Assembly: GCA_963666205.1 (NCBI GenBank)
Contig: OY762654.1
Span: forward strand, 96,001 to 160,000
DNA length: 64,000 bases
Source of the DNA: Synergistales bacterium
GTDB lineage: Bacteria; Synergistota; Synergistia; Synergistales; JAFGMB01
Direction of reading: 5' to 3'
Shown here piece after piece: positions 40,097 to 49,180 of this stretch (position 1 is the stretch's first letter; the number at the start of each line of letters is the position of its first letter). Position numbers and translations under genes: made by a program. Under the pieces are notes generated by a model. It had not been told where the DNA came from and searched no databases. It worked only from the letters and a program-made list of their open reading frames with translations.

Positions 40097-40678
40097 CTAA
40101 TTACGTGATTGAATGACTTTATCTATTATTCCGTAACTGACAGCTTCTTCTGCAGACATAAAGAAATCTCTTTCTGTATCAGCCTTAACCTTGCGTCTGC
40201 TCTGGTTCGTATGTTTGACCAGAATATCCGTCAGCCTTTCCCTCATCTGTAGAATTTCTCTAGCATGTATCTCAATTTCAGTGGCTTGTCCCTGGGCGCC
40301 TCCGAGTGGCTGGTGAATCATTATTCTAGCATTGGGAAGGGCGATCCTCTTTCCAATCGCCCCCCCGGACAAAAGGAGTGCTCCCATACTTGCTGCCTGG
40401 CCAATACAAATAGTAGAAACAGGGCATTTAACATATTGCATGGTGTCATAAATAGCAAGACCAGCTGAAACTATTCCTCCGGGGCTGTTAATATAAAGGT
40501 TAATGTCCTTGTCAGGATCTTCGCTTTCAAGAAATAGCATTTGAGCAACAATTACATTTGCGAGGGTCTCGTCAATCGGTTCACCGAGAAAAATGATCCT
40601 GTCCTTGAGAAGACGACTATATATATCGTAGGCCCTCTCACCCTTACCTGTCTGTTCAATAACCATTGGTATTAACAT
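40097..40678 (-). CDS. clpP: ATP-dependent Clp protease proteolytic subunit
   Basis: [37 protein letters not shown]. Confidence 0.98.
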   Translation of the reverse strand: MLIPMVIEQTGKGERAYDIYSRLLKDRIIFLGEPIDETLANVIVAQMLFLESEDPDKDINLYINSPGGIVSAGLAIYDTMQYVKCPVSTICIGQAASMGALLLSGGAIGKRIALPNARIMIHQPLGGAQGQATEIEIHAREILQMRERLTDILVKHTNQSRRKVKADTERDFFMSAEEAVSYGIIDKVIQSRN

Positions 40679-40714
40679 AAGATCTCACCGCCTATACAGC
40701 AAAGAGCGCTGATT

Positions 40715-42073
40715 TTATTCTGCTTCAGATTCTACCTCTTCTGTCTGTTCTCCTGTAGTCTGCTTAATTGTGATCCTATCAAAAAGCGCTTCTACAGTTT
40801 TCTGATATCTAACTCTGTTTGAAATCTCACGAAGTCTTTCCTGATCCTTCAACATTGTGCCCATCAGTTTTTCAACATCAATATTATAAGTAGATGCAAT
40901 CTTAGCTACTTCATTGTAAATATCTTCTTTCGTGATGTCGATGTTCAGTTCTTTGGCCAGAGCATCCATTACAAGATAACGGGCAACAGCTTTTTTTGCC
41001 TGATCATTCATATTTTTGTGATACTCTTCCTTATCCTGAGGATTATCCTCAAAAAACTCATCAATTGTTTTGTGAAACCTTTTTTTGAAGTTTTCTTCGT
41101 CCTGTTCACGGATAGAGATTTCCTGTCGCCTAACCAGCGTATCAGGAATATCGAATTCTGCTAATTCTGCTAGTCTGTCAATTGCCATGTTTTCCATTTC
41201 CAACTTGTTTTCATTTTCAAGTCTGGATAAGATCCCCTTTTCTAAATGGTTCCTGAAAGCTGGAAGAGAATCAATAGTCTCTCCCGTGACCTTTCTGAAA
41301 AAGTCACTATTCAGCTCAGGAATGATCTTCTCTTTGATGCCTTTGATATCAATGGAATACATAGCCCTCTTGCCAGCTATTTCCAGATCAGGGTTGTCTT
41401 CCTCAATGGGAACTTCTACCTCAATATGATCTCCTACTTCACTGTCACAAAGAGCATTCCTGATCTCTTCCTTAAGTCCGTCCATGCCAAGATCAATTGT
41501 AGTTTCACCTGGGTCGTGTGATTTTATTGACTCATCATTCTCATCCAGCACTCTGGTTACATATGAGATGTCGACCATATCTCCAGATATGATCTTTGAT
41601 CTGCTTTCAACGGTGGGATATTCTGCAAACTGGTTCTGGATCTGAAGCATTGTTGTATCTATCATTTCATCGGTAACAGCTACTTCTTTTTTTATAACTT
41701 CAACCTTCTCCAGTTCCGGGAGCATAACCTGGGGAGAGACTTCAAAGGTGAAAACGAGCTCAAGCGGTTTTCCTTCTCCCATTGTTTCTATTTTAAGATC
41801 TGGTTCTTCTATGAGATCAAGTTCATAATCGTTTACTATTTCATTGATGATTCCCGGCATTATAGAATCGAGTGTCTCAGTGTAAATGGCTTCTTTTGTA
41901 AAACGCATTTCCAGAACGTTCCTTGGTACTTTACCCTTCCTGAAACCAGGGATATTCACTTTTCTTGACAGATCACGGATCGTAGCATCGACATTCTTGG
42001 TAAATTCGACTGTGTCCATCTCTGCTTTTATAACGACCTTATTCTTTTCCTGGGATAGGATTTCAGTTTTCAC
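40715..42073 (-). CDS. tig: Trigger factor (probable GTG start; ORF track 42091)
   Basis: IPGFRKGKVP ribosome-binding motif; length and position before clpP. Confidence 0.93.
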   Translation of the reverse strand: MKTEILSQEKNKVVIKAEMDTVEFTKNVDATIRDLSRKVNIPGFRKGKVPRNVLEMRFTKEAIYTETLDSIMPGIINEIVNDYELDLIEEPDLKIETMGEGKPLELVFTFEVSPQVMLPELEKVEVIKKEVAVTDEMIDTTMLQIQNQFAEYPTVESRSKIISGDMVDISYVTRVLDENDESIKSHDPGETTIDLGMDGLKEEIRNALCDSEVGDHIEVEVPIEEDNPDLEIAGKRAMYSIDIKGIKEKIIPELNSDFFRKVTGETIDSLPAFRNHLEKGILSRLENENKLEMENMAIDRLAELAEFDIPDTLVRRQEISIREQDEENFKKRFHKTIDEFFEDNPQDKEEYHKNMNDQAKKAVARYLVMDALAKELNIDITKEDIYNEVAKIASTYNIDVEKLMGTMLKDQERLREISNRVRYQKTVEALFDRITIKQTTGEQTEEVESEAE

Positions 42074-42119
42074 GTTAACAGCCCCTTTCACAAACCTTAA
42101 TTTCTTTTGAACAAAGCGT

Positions 42120-42128
42120 AGTATAGCA
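42120..42128 (-). promoter_or_regulatory. Putative extended -10 promoter for tig
   Basis: Minus strand TG-C-TATACT about 47 bp upstream of the start. Confidence 0.5.
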
Positions 42129-42341
42129 CAAGAAACGAATTGAATTCACCATTATGCAGATTTTTCAGTAAAATTGCCTTAATATATCTGTGACCGTTTA
42201 GATGTCTCGGTATTCAGTACATCTGATCAGATGGCATGTGTACCCAAAATCCGAGAAACAATAAGTGAAAAACGGATAAATGTCAAGTTTGGTTAGGGAT
42301 AGATATACGACAGAGTTAACAAAGGTTTTATGGAGAAAAAA

Positions 42342-42426
<85 letters not shown>

Positions 42427-42586
42427 ACTTTAAAAAGGTGACATAAATGAAATGAATTCCTTTTAACCAGTTCTTAGCGGTCTTTCTGTTTTAAGAAGCT
42501 AATAAACTCAGATCAGGCTAAGTGCAAGGGAATAATAACAAAAAAGCAAGACCAAGAAAAGAGGTTACGTTCTTCTTTTCTTAAGA

Positions 42587-42639
42587 ATATTAACCCCGGC
42601 AACGGGAGAAAGGATCGGACCTGTTGCCGGGGTTAATAT
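42587..42639 (-). terminator. Long hairpin after the ABC operon
   Basis: 17-bp perfect arms ATATTAACCCCGGCAAC / GTTGCCGGGGTTAATAT; a second weaker stem at 42554-42582. Confidence 0.65.
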
Positions 42640-42660
42640 CTTTATAACCTGGTAATGCTT

Positions 42661-43044
42661 TTATTTCTTGGGAATCACCCAGTCAGAAGCGCCTCCAAGG
42701 AGTGCCGGGATACTGAAAAGGGTCCCTTTCTTTGCATCGATTAAAAAGTCTTTTTCAATGAAATCTATAACTTTTTCTTCCTTTTCGTCCAACAGTTCGA
42801 CTCTTATCCGATGTTTCTTACCAATAACCGAACTGATATCACGATCATCTATCCACAACTCCAGTGGTTCCTGTGCATCTACGTAAACACGGACAGTTCC
42901 CCTAGCCTCGTAGGTCATTCCGTTCAGAATTACTGTCTGGTTATCAATAAGCAAATCATATCCCTTGCCGGAGATATACAGGAACATAGACAGTAACATG
43001 AACATAAAAACAAGCACAAGATTAACAGCAATCTGTTTTTTCAA
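42661..43044 (-). CDS. DUF6672-like membrane-anchored protein (TTG start after GGAGGT; ORF track 43125)
   Basis: N-terminal TM then GK...L.IDN, FS(I/L)PA..GG...W; last gene of the DUF3798 ABC operon. Confidence 0.7.
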   Translation of the reverse strand: MKKQIAVNLVLVFMFMLLSMFLYISGKGYDLLIDNQTVILNGMTYEARGTVRVYVDAQEPLELWIDDRDISSVIGKKHRIRVELLDEKEEKVIDFIEKDFLIDAKKGTLFSIPALLGGASDWVIPKK

Positions 43045-43063
43045 AGGGATACCTCCTAATGGT

Positions 43064-44167
43064 TCATGCATTACCACGGAGAGATCTCCGTGCCCGTTCC
43101 TTGTCCTTGTATCTCTTCCATGCATGAAGGGCCAATGCGATTGCGATTATTCCATAGGAAACGAACACCCTGAAATATTCTCCAAGTTGGGCCTGACCTA
43201 TAAGATATTTACCGGCCATGGGAGAGACCACGAACATGAGATGGAAAAGAATAACACCCAGAAATACGTTGGGAATTGTCGCTTTTGCAACACTAGCTCC
43301 TCCAACCAGAAGTGCTGCTATAGCGAACATACCGGCTTGCTCATGGCTGTTATAAGTATTCATGGTGCCGATGTTCTGCAGGAAAATGATTTGGCCGTAA
43401 CATGCAAGAACTGTTGATATAACTATTGAGATTATTCTTGTTCTTTCAACTTCAATCCCCGCAGAGCGGGCTACATCCATGTCCTGCCCAACAGCTCTCA
43501 TATCCTGTCCAAGCTTAGTTTTCTTGAACCATACTACAAAAAGACAGAAGAGTCCTATCACTAGAAAGGTAGCCATAGGAACAGATACGCCTCCTATGCT
43601 GACGGGTATGAGATTATCCAGACATTTTCTTATCCCTTCGAGGTTAGTAACGTTTCTTATGCCGAATCCTCGGGAGAGAAGCAATTGCGGATTTCTTATT
43701 GGAACGATCTTACCGAAACCGTAAAGAACGACAAGCTGATAGACTCCGTTCATGAAAAATCCAAGAATGAAGGATGTTACCATTTCTCTTCCTTTTGCCC
43801 TGTTCAATATTGCTCCACACATCCATCCCAGAAGAATAGCAAGAGGGGTGGATATGATCATGGCAAGGAACATCCCCTGAATACCGAGTATGTTCCAGTC
43901 CGTTATGAGTATCAGCCCTATTTCTCCCGCCATGGCACCGAGAACCATTCCGAAGTTAAGTCCCATCCCGGCCATTATAGGTATAAGAAGGGATAGGACC
44001 AGGAAAGAGTCCCTGGAAAGTCTGACGAGCATTTCCTGAAGGAGATACTCGCCAGAAAATCTCGAAACAGGAATGGCAAGAACACTTAGCACGATGAAAA
44101 TAATGGGTACGGCATTACTGATAAGGAAGTGTTGCAGATTATCTTTAGTAAATATATTTTTACTCAT
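43064..44167 (-). CDS. ABC transporter permease (CUT2/ribose-type)
   Basis: Multi-TM; AG.GLNFG, KT..GQ.MRAVG......A...GI motif. Confidence 0.9.
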   Translation of the reverse strand: MSKNIFTKDNLQHFLISNAVPIIFIVLSVLAIPVSRFSGEYLLQEMLVRLSRDSFLVLSLLIPIMAGMGLNFGMVLGAMAGEIGLILITDWNILGIQGMFLAMIISTPLAILLGWMCGAILNRAKGREMVTSFILGFFMNGVYQLVVLYGFGKIVPIRNPQLLLSRGFGIRNVTNLEGIRKCLDNLIPVSIGGVSVPMATFLVIGLFCLFVVWFKKTKLGQDMRAVGQDMDVARSAGIEVERTRIISIVISTVLACYGQIIFLQNIGTMNTYNSHEQAGMFAIAALLVGGASVAKATIPNVFLGVILFHLMFVVSPMAGKYLIGQAQLGEYFRVFVSYGIIAIALALHAWKRYKDKERARRSLRGNA

Positions 44168-45207
44168 GATTTCACCTTCACTACTCTGGTCAATGCATAG
44201 AGAATCATTCCGTTAGATACTATGATCCTTATGACCTCAGACATGTCAGTTTCTATCAGGCTATTTATTACAGACGGGGTCATGGTAAGAATTCCCTGGA
44301 AGAGGAATGTTCCGATCACTACATTCAGTATACTGGCTTTATGTACTGAAGCTCCGCCGATAAGTATGGCAGCTACTGCAGGAAAAGCCATGTAGAAGGG
44401 ACCCATGTAAAGCTGTATGAATCCAAAGCTCTGCTCATACATTATTATTCCTATGGCACCGAGAACAGTAGAAAGAATTACCGAAACAATTCTCATGCGG
44501 TCAACATCCACCCCTGCAGATCGAGCATACTCAGGATTTGAACCTACTGTGGTCATAGCTGTTCCCGTTTTGGTATGCATGAAAAGCCACATGAAAAAAC
44601 ACATGAAAGCAAAAAATATAAACATTCCTGTTGGACAGTAAAAAAAGTCCCCTAGATGAAAGGAACCTACATTACTTATGGCTTTTTCCCAATATCCTTC
44701 AACGGATATGGTAGTCCTAAGCCCAGTACCTGCGTATCCCCAGACCATGTTAGGGCTTTTGTATGGGAGCATCAGCCACATTATGCACATGAACGCGACA
44801 GAAGAAAAGCCAACATAAGTAGCAATCATCATTTCTCCACCCTTAACTTTGTTAAGGAGAACACCATAGGCAAAGCCTACAACAATTGCAACCGGGACTG
44901 CTATGGACATTGCGATAAGAATACCTGGAAGTCCGGTAACGCCCAGTTCTATGCTGGTTACCGCACCAATAAGACCTGCAATTATCCCAAGAGGTAAACC
45001 GAAATTCAAGCCGCATCCTGCCTGTATCATGGGAACCATGGCCAGGACCATTACACCGTTCATTCCGAATCTTACCAGGGTATCACTGATAGAAGTATCG
45101 ATCCGGACTCTGACAAAAGGGGCTACTATGAACAGTGAAAGCAGGAAAACTCCGATGATAACCCTTGGCCAACCTGCTTTTTCAATGAAGTTCAGTATTC
45201 TGTTCAT
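44164..45207 (-). CDS. ABC transporter permease (CUT2/ribose-type)
   Basis: Multi-TM; G.GLNFG, TK.G.AM..VG.NP..A...GV motif. Confidence 0.9.
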   Translation of the reverse strand: MNRILNFIEKAGWPRVIIGVFLLSLFIVAPFVRVRIDTSISDTLVRFGMNGVMVLAMVPMIQAGCGLNFGLPLGIIAGLIGAVTSIELGVTGLPGILIAMSIAVPVAIVVGFAYGVLLNKVKGGEMMIATYVGFSSVAFMCIMWLMLPYKSPNMVWGYAGTGLRTTISVEGYWEKAISNVGSFHLGDFFYCPTGMFIFFAFMCFFMWLFMHTKTGTAMTTVGSNPEYARSAGVDVDRMRIVSVILSTVLGAIGIIMYEQSFGFIQLYMGPFYMAFPAVAAILIGGASVHKASILNVVIGTFLFQGILTMTPSVINSLIETDMSEVIRIIVSNGMILYALTRVVKVKS

Positions 45208-46832
45208 GATGCCTTCTCACTTTCTGATCCGTTTTCGACTTTACCGAGCATGAGTATGCCGAATTCTGTGGATTCTGATGTTGCCGGTAAAATACCGGCT
45301 ATCTTTCCTTCATTAACTATGGCTATGCGATCACATATGGATCTGAGTTCTTCCAGTTCTGATGAGATCATTACTATAGTGGTTCCATATTTTTTGTTGT
45401 AGTTTTTAAGAGTATCCAGAACAACCCTTTTGGCTCCCACATCGATACCTCTAGTTGGTTCTGCAACAAAAAGAAGTTTTGGACGGGTCGCAAAAGCCTT
45501 TGCAAGGCAGACTTTCTGCTGGTTACCTCCAGAAAGTTCCTGGACTTGCTGGTTTTCGCTGACACACTTTATCTCAAGGGCTTCAATATAATAGCGTGTG
45601 CATTCATTTATCGCTTTCGTGTCCCTTATTCTGAGCATGCCACCAAGATATGATTTAAGGAATTTGTTCTGCATCTGAAGGGCTGTAAATGTAACATTCC
45701 AGGAAATAGGTTCTTCAAGAAGGAGCCCCACTCCTCTTCGGTCTTCAAATACTGCTGATAGTCCTTTACTAAGAGCTGATCTCGGATCATTGAGTATGAT
45801 CTCTTCGTCCTCAAAAGATACAGAACCACCAGAAGCGAACATTCCCATTATCCCGTTAGCTATTCCCAGCTTGCCCTGTCCAGCCAATCCTCCAATTCCA
45901 AAAATCTCTCCCCTGTAAATATCAAGAGAAACATTTCGAACCGTTTCACCTGGCATATCTACCCAGAGGTTTTTGACTTTAAGAATAGGTCTGGTCTGGC
46001 TACGGTCCAGGTTTTCTGAGACTCTCGTAAAAGCTGAATCAATGTTCCTACCAACCATATGAGATGCAATGTCTTTGATACTTGTCTGGACAGGTATAGT
46101 TTCTTCAACAACTTCACCGTCTCTCAGAACAATGATTTTGTCACATATCTCCATGATTTCCTGAAGTCTGTGGGATATAAATATAATGGCTATACCGAGT
46201 AGGGAAAGCCTTTTCATTGACTTGAGCAATATCTCGGCTTCTGATTCGGTAAGAACTGCTGTGGGTTCATCAAGTACAAGGATCTGAGTGTGTTCCTTGT
46301 CGATTTCCCTGGCAATTTCAGTGAACTGTTTATGGCCAACCGGCATTTCTGTTACAAGGGTCTCATCATTAAGTTGAACGTTGAGTTTTTCTATGGCTGC
46401 CTGTGCCCGTTCTTTCATCTTGTTTCTATCAAGGGTCCTTAGTCGTTCTCCGAAGGATTCGACAAGTATATTGTATTTAGTAGATTCCCTGTTAAGTACT
46501 ATGTTTTCTGCCGCAGTGAAGCCAGGTATAAGGGAAAATTCCTGATGAACCATCCCGATCCCTGCTTCAAGAGCATCCATGGGATTTTCGAAATGGATCT
46601 CTTTATTGTTTATCAAGACCCTTCCTTCATAACCTCCAGTTTCATGTATTACCTGCATTCCAAAGAGGATGTTCATAAGAGTGGACTTTCCTGCCCCGTT
46701 TTCGCCAACAAGTCCCAGAATTTCTCCCTTTTCGAGCGTAAAGTTGACATTTTTCAGAACACGGTTTCCGAAATATGCTTTCCCTATTCCCTCCATTTTC
46801 AATAATGGCCCCAGTGATGCCAAAGATATCAC
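45204..46832 (-). CDS. ABC transporter ATP-binding protein with two fused NBDs (RbsA/MglA-like)
   Basis: GENGAGKSTL, GMVHQE, LDEPT, ISH.L.E; second NBD LSGGNQQK, EPTRGIDVGAK. Confidence 0.95.
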   Translation of the reverse strand: MISLASLGPLLKMEGIGKAYFGNRVLKNVNFTLEKGEILGLVGENGAGKSTLMNILFGMQVIHETGGYEGRVLINNKEIHFENPMDALEAGIGMVHQEFSLIPGFTAAENIVLNRESTKYNILVESFGERLRTLDRNKMKERAQAAIEKLNVQLNDETLVTEMPVGHKQFTEIAREIDKEHTQILVLDEPTAVLTESEAEILLKSMKRLSLLGIAIIFISHRLQEIMEICDKIIVLRDGEVVEETIPVQTSIKDIASHMVGRNIDSAFTRVSENLDRSQTRPILKVKNLWVDMPGETVRNVSLDIYRGEIFGIGGLAGQGKLGIANGIMGMFASGGSVSFEDEEIILNDPRSALSKGLSAVFEDRRGVGLLLEEPISWNVTFTALQMQNKFLKSYLGGMLRIRDTKAINECTRYYIEALEIKCVSENQQVQELSGGNQQKVCLAKAFATRPKLLFVAEPTRGIDVGAKRVVLDTLKNYNKKYGTTIVMISSELEELRSICDRIAIVNEGKIAGILPATSESTEFGILMLGKVENGSESEKAS

Positions 46833-46942
46833 CTCTTTATTTTTGCCGGATTAAATTTGATAACCAGAAATGTGTAAAGTCTTGCCACATGATTCCGGCA
46901 TGAATTGGTATATGGAAAATCTGAAAGGGCAGATTCTAAAAT

Positions 46943-46973
46943 AAAAAAGGGGAGTACAAGAAAACTCCCCTTT
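46943..46973 (-). terminator. Intrinsic terminator/stabilising hairpin after the binding-protein gene
   Basis: AAAGGGGAGT/ACTCCCCTTT stem followed by T-run on the minus strand. Confidence 0.8.
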
Positions 46974-46992
46974 ACAGTTCGAGAATAGAATT

Positions 46993-48201
46993 CTATTTTA
47001 TTGTGAAATACTTTTCAGGGACTTCAACCTCAGTCATATTAAGGTAACCGAGACCAAATACATATGTATCCTGATACACCAGAATGTGATTCTTCTTTTT
47101 TACTCCTGTTTGGAGATCAGTATAAATACTGCCATTCCATTCTGCACCAGGGGTGAACTTTCCGTAGGTCTCGAAAAGTTCTGTTGGTTTAAAGCTTTTC
47201 TTAAAGGTTGTTGCATCGACACCTTTTTCAAGCATAATCTTTGCAAATTCTCCCAAAGCGGCAGTATTTGTATAACCATAGGAGAAAGCCCATGTACCCA
47301 TTCTCTTGGCTCCGCCTTTTTCAATAACAGCCTCTTCCACTCTCTTGAGAATAGCAGGCCAATCTCCTTTGACATCTGAGAGTTCAATGCCAAGAGCTCC
47401 TGGATATCCCATGAGGGGAGATGGCAGATCAGCTTCTACGAAATATCCACCGCCTTCAGCTACTCTTTTAAGCAACGGCTCAGTATGGGCATCATTGGTA
47501 CAGAAAAAAGCTGTCTCCTTGCCATATTTGTCAAGCCATGCAGGTACTTTTTCCAGGATAAACTGCTGGGCTCCAGCGACACCTACGTCACTGGTTGGAT
47601 CTGGGGCTGTTTCAAAGTGGAAGTCTATGCCAAGATCATTGCAGGCTTCTTCCATGATATTACGTCTTCTGGACAGAAGTTCGTAGCTCATATGTCTAGG
47701 AAATGAAATGTGAACGAAATGCTTAGCTCCCATTTTCTTTGCTGCTGCGATTATAAGATATCCTCTCGCTATGTTATCCGCATTGATTACAAGGTCTGCC
47801 GCAGACTCAATTACACCTGGATCTTCATGTGCTTCCCCCGCTATCAGAAGTATATCTGGGCGTTTTTCTCGTATTCTCCTGAATCCTTCAGTAGTTCCAG
47901 GAATAGCCTGGTTCACGATCACTGCTTTCATAAGCGGATCATCTGCCAGAGATGCGATCTGTGAAATAGTCGTTTCCATTTCTGTCATGAAATTATCAGG
48001 ATAGGTTATGTGCTGGATCATTCCACCATCCTGAACAGTTCCATACATTTCAATAAGTTTTTCTGCTCCTCTGAGGTCATCCTCTGACTGTGATACTGTT
48101 CCGGTACAGATTCCGATGTGGAAAGGTGCAGCTGCAATAGCTCCACCAGCCAGAACCAATACAAATGCCACACTTATCATGAGCGCTACAATTCTTTTCA
48201 T
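46993..48201 (-). CDS. DUF3798-family extracytoplasmic substrate-binding protein
   Basis: Signal peptide; HIGI.TGTVSQSED, TYPDNF..E.ETTI, F.H.SFPRH, APDP.SDVG, FF.TND, DLPSP..GYP. Confidence 0.85.
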   Translation of the reverse strand: MKRIVALMISVAFVLVLAGGAIAAAPFHIGICTGTVSQSEDDLRGAEKLIEMYGTVQDGGMIQHITYPDNFMTEMETTISQIASLADDPLMKAVIVNQAIPGTTEGFRRIREKRPDILLIAGEAHEDPGVIESAADLVINADNIARGYLIIAAAKKMGAKHFVHISFPRHMSYELLSRRRNIMEEACNDLGIDFHFETAPDPTSDVGVAGAQQFILEKVPAWLDKYGKETAFFCTNDAHTEPLLKRVAEGGGYFVEADLPSPLMGYPGALGIELSDVKGDWPAILKRVEEAVIEKGGAKRMGTWAFSYGYTNTAALGEFAKIMLEKGVDATTFKKSFKPTELFETYGKFTPGAEWNGSIYTDLQTGVKKKNHILVYQDTYVFGLGYLNMTEVEVPEKYFTIK

Positions 48202-48400
48202 TACCTGGCCCCCTCCTTAAATATTGTACTCAAAAACTTGTTTAAGAGTATAATAGATATCAGCCCTTGTCAACAAGAATAGAGCCATAAAGCCTGTATC
48301 CATAAGGTTTTACAGTAAACCAGGGTAAAGGAATCCAAAAACAGTGAACATTAATTTAGATATGTCAGGTCTCAAGAATAAATGGGGAAAAGGGGAAAAT

Positions 48401-48423
48401 AAAAACCCGTCCTATGGACGGGG
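48401..48423 (-). terminator. Terminator of the tRNA operon
   Basis: CCCGTCC/GGACGGG stem followed by TTTTT on the minus strand. Confidence 0.85.
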
Positions 48424-48430
48424 TAAGATT

Positions 48431-48506
48431 TGGTGGGTCATACAGGAATCGAACCTGTAACCCCCTGATTAAGAGTCAGGTGCTCTGCCAATTGAGCTAA
48501 TGACCC
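48431..48506 (-). tRNA. tRNA-Lys(CTT)
   Basis: GGGTCATTAGCTCAATTGG...CCTGA-CT-CTT-AA-TCAGG...GTTCGATTC...CCA. Confidence 0.97.
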
Positions 48507-48524
48507 ATTATGTACTTATTCTTG

Positions 48525-48601
48525 TGGCGCGCCCGGCAGGATTCGAACCCGCGACCCTCGGCTCCGAAGGCCGATGCTCTATCCAGCTGAGCTACAGGCG
48601 C
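48525..48601 (-). tRNA. tRNA-Arg(TCG)
   Basis: GCGCCTGTAGCTCAGCTGGATAGAGC-A-TCGGC-CT-TCG-GA-GCCGA...CCA. Confidence 0.96.
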
Positions 48602-48615
48602 TCATCAGATGAAGT

Positions 48616-48693
48616 TGGGGTGAGTGAGGGGACTTGAACCCCCAACCCCTGGAACCACAATCCAGTGCTCTGACCAGTTGAGCTACACCCACC
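48616..48693 (-). tRNA. tRNA-His(GTG) with encoded G-1
   Basis: CTGGA-TT-GTG-GT-TCCAG anticodon arm; C73 discriminator then CCA. Confidence 0.96.
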
Positions 48694-48708
48694 GTAAATC
48701 TGGAATAA

Positions 48709-48785
48709 TGGCGCGCCCGGCAGGATTCGAACCCGCGACCCTCGGCTTAGAAGGCCGATGCTCTATCCGGCTGAGCTACAGGCGC
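48709..48785 (-). tRNA. tRNA-Arg(TCT)
   Basis: TCGGC-CT-TCT-AA-GCCGA anticodon arm; encoded CCA. Confidence 0.96.
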
Positions 48786-48795
48786 CCTTTAAAAA

Positions 48796-48870
48796 TGGAG
48801 CGGAAAACGGGACTCGAACCCGCAACCCCCAGCTTGGAAGGCTAGTGCTCTACCATTGAGCTATTTCCGC
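48796..48870 (-). tRNA. tRNA-Gly(TCC)
   Basis: GCGGAAATAGCTCAATGG...CTAGC-CT-TCC-AA-GCTGG...TCCA. Confidence 0.96.
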
Positions 48871-48886
48871 TTTTTTAACTTTAAAA

Positions 48887-48964
48887 TGGTCGGGGCGAAA
48901 GGATTCGAACCTTCGACCCCCTGCTCCCAAAGCAGGTGCGCTAACCAGACTGCGCTACGCCCCG
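48887..48964 (-). tRNA. tRNA-Pro(TGG)
   Basis: CGGGGCGTAGCGCAG...CCTGC-TT-TGG-GA-GCAGG...ACCA. Confidence 0.96.
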
Positions 48965-49005
48965 ATATTCTATAAGACTTTCCAATAATTCGCAAGTACT
49001 ATTTC

Positions 49006-49080
49006 TGGTGGAGCTGGGGGGATTTGAACCCCCGGCCTCTTCCGTGCGAAGGAAGCGCGCTCCCCCTGCGCTACAGCCCC
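49006..49080 (-). tRNA. tRNA-Ala(CGC)
   Basis: GGGGCTG acceptor with G3:U70; CTTCC-TT-CGC-AC-GGAAG; encoded CCA. Confidence 0.95.
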
Positions 49081-49098
49081 ATCTGAGTGACGGCGACA

Positions 49099-49127
49099 AT
49101 TGTAGTAATGCTGAGCCGACTTGTCAA
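49099..49127 (-). promoter_or_regulatory. Sigma70-type promoter of the tRNA operon
   Basis: TTGACA-N17-TACAAT followed by GC-rich discriminator TGTCGCC, 18 nt upstream of tRNA-Ala. Confidence 0.8.
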
Positions 49128-49180
49128 GTCATGCGAAAGAAGTTAGTGTATTATTAATAATAAATCAGGAGGTATATTGA

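Noticed and set aside
48288-48312. Imperfect inverted repeat TAAAGCCT-N9-AGGTTTTA downstream of tRNA-Lys, resembling motifs near integrase attachment sites
   Set aside because: No integrase and no duplicated tRNA 3' end found in the window; too short to support an island call.
48624-48845. 73-aa plus-strand ORF
   Set aside because: Translation of the antisense of tRNA genes.
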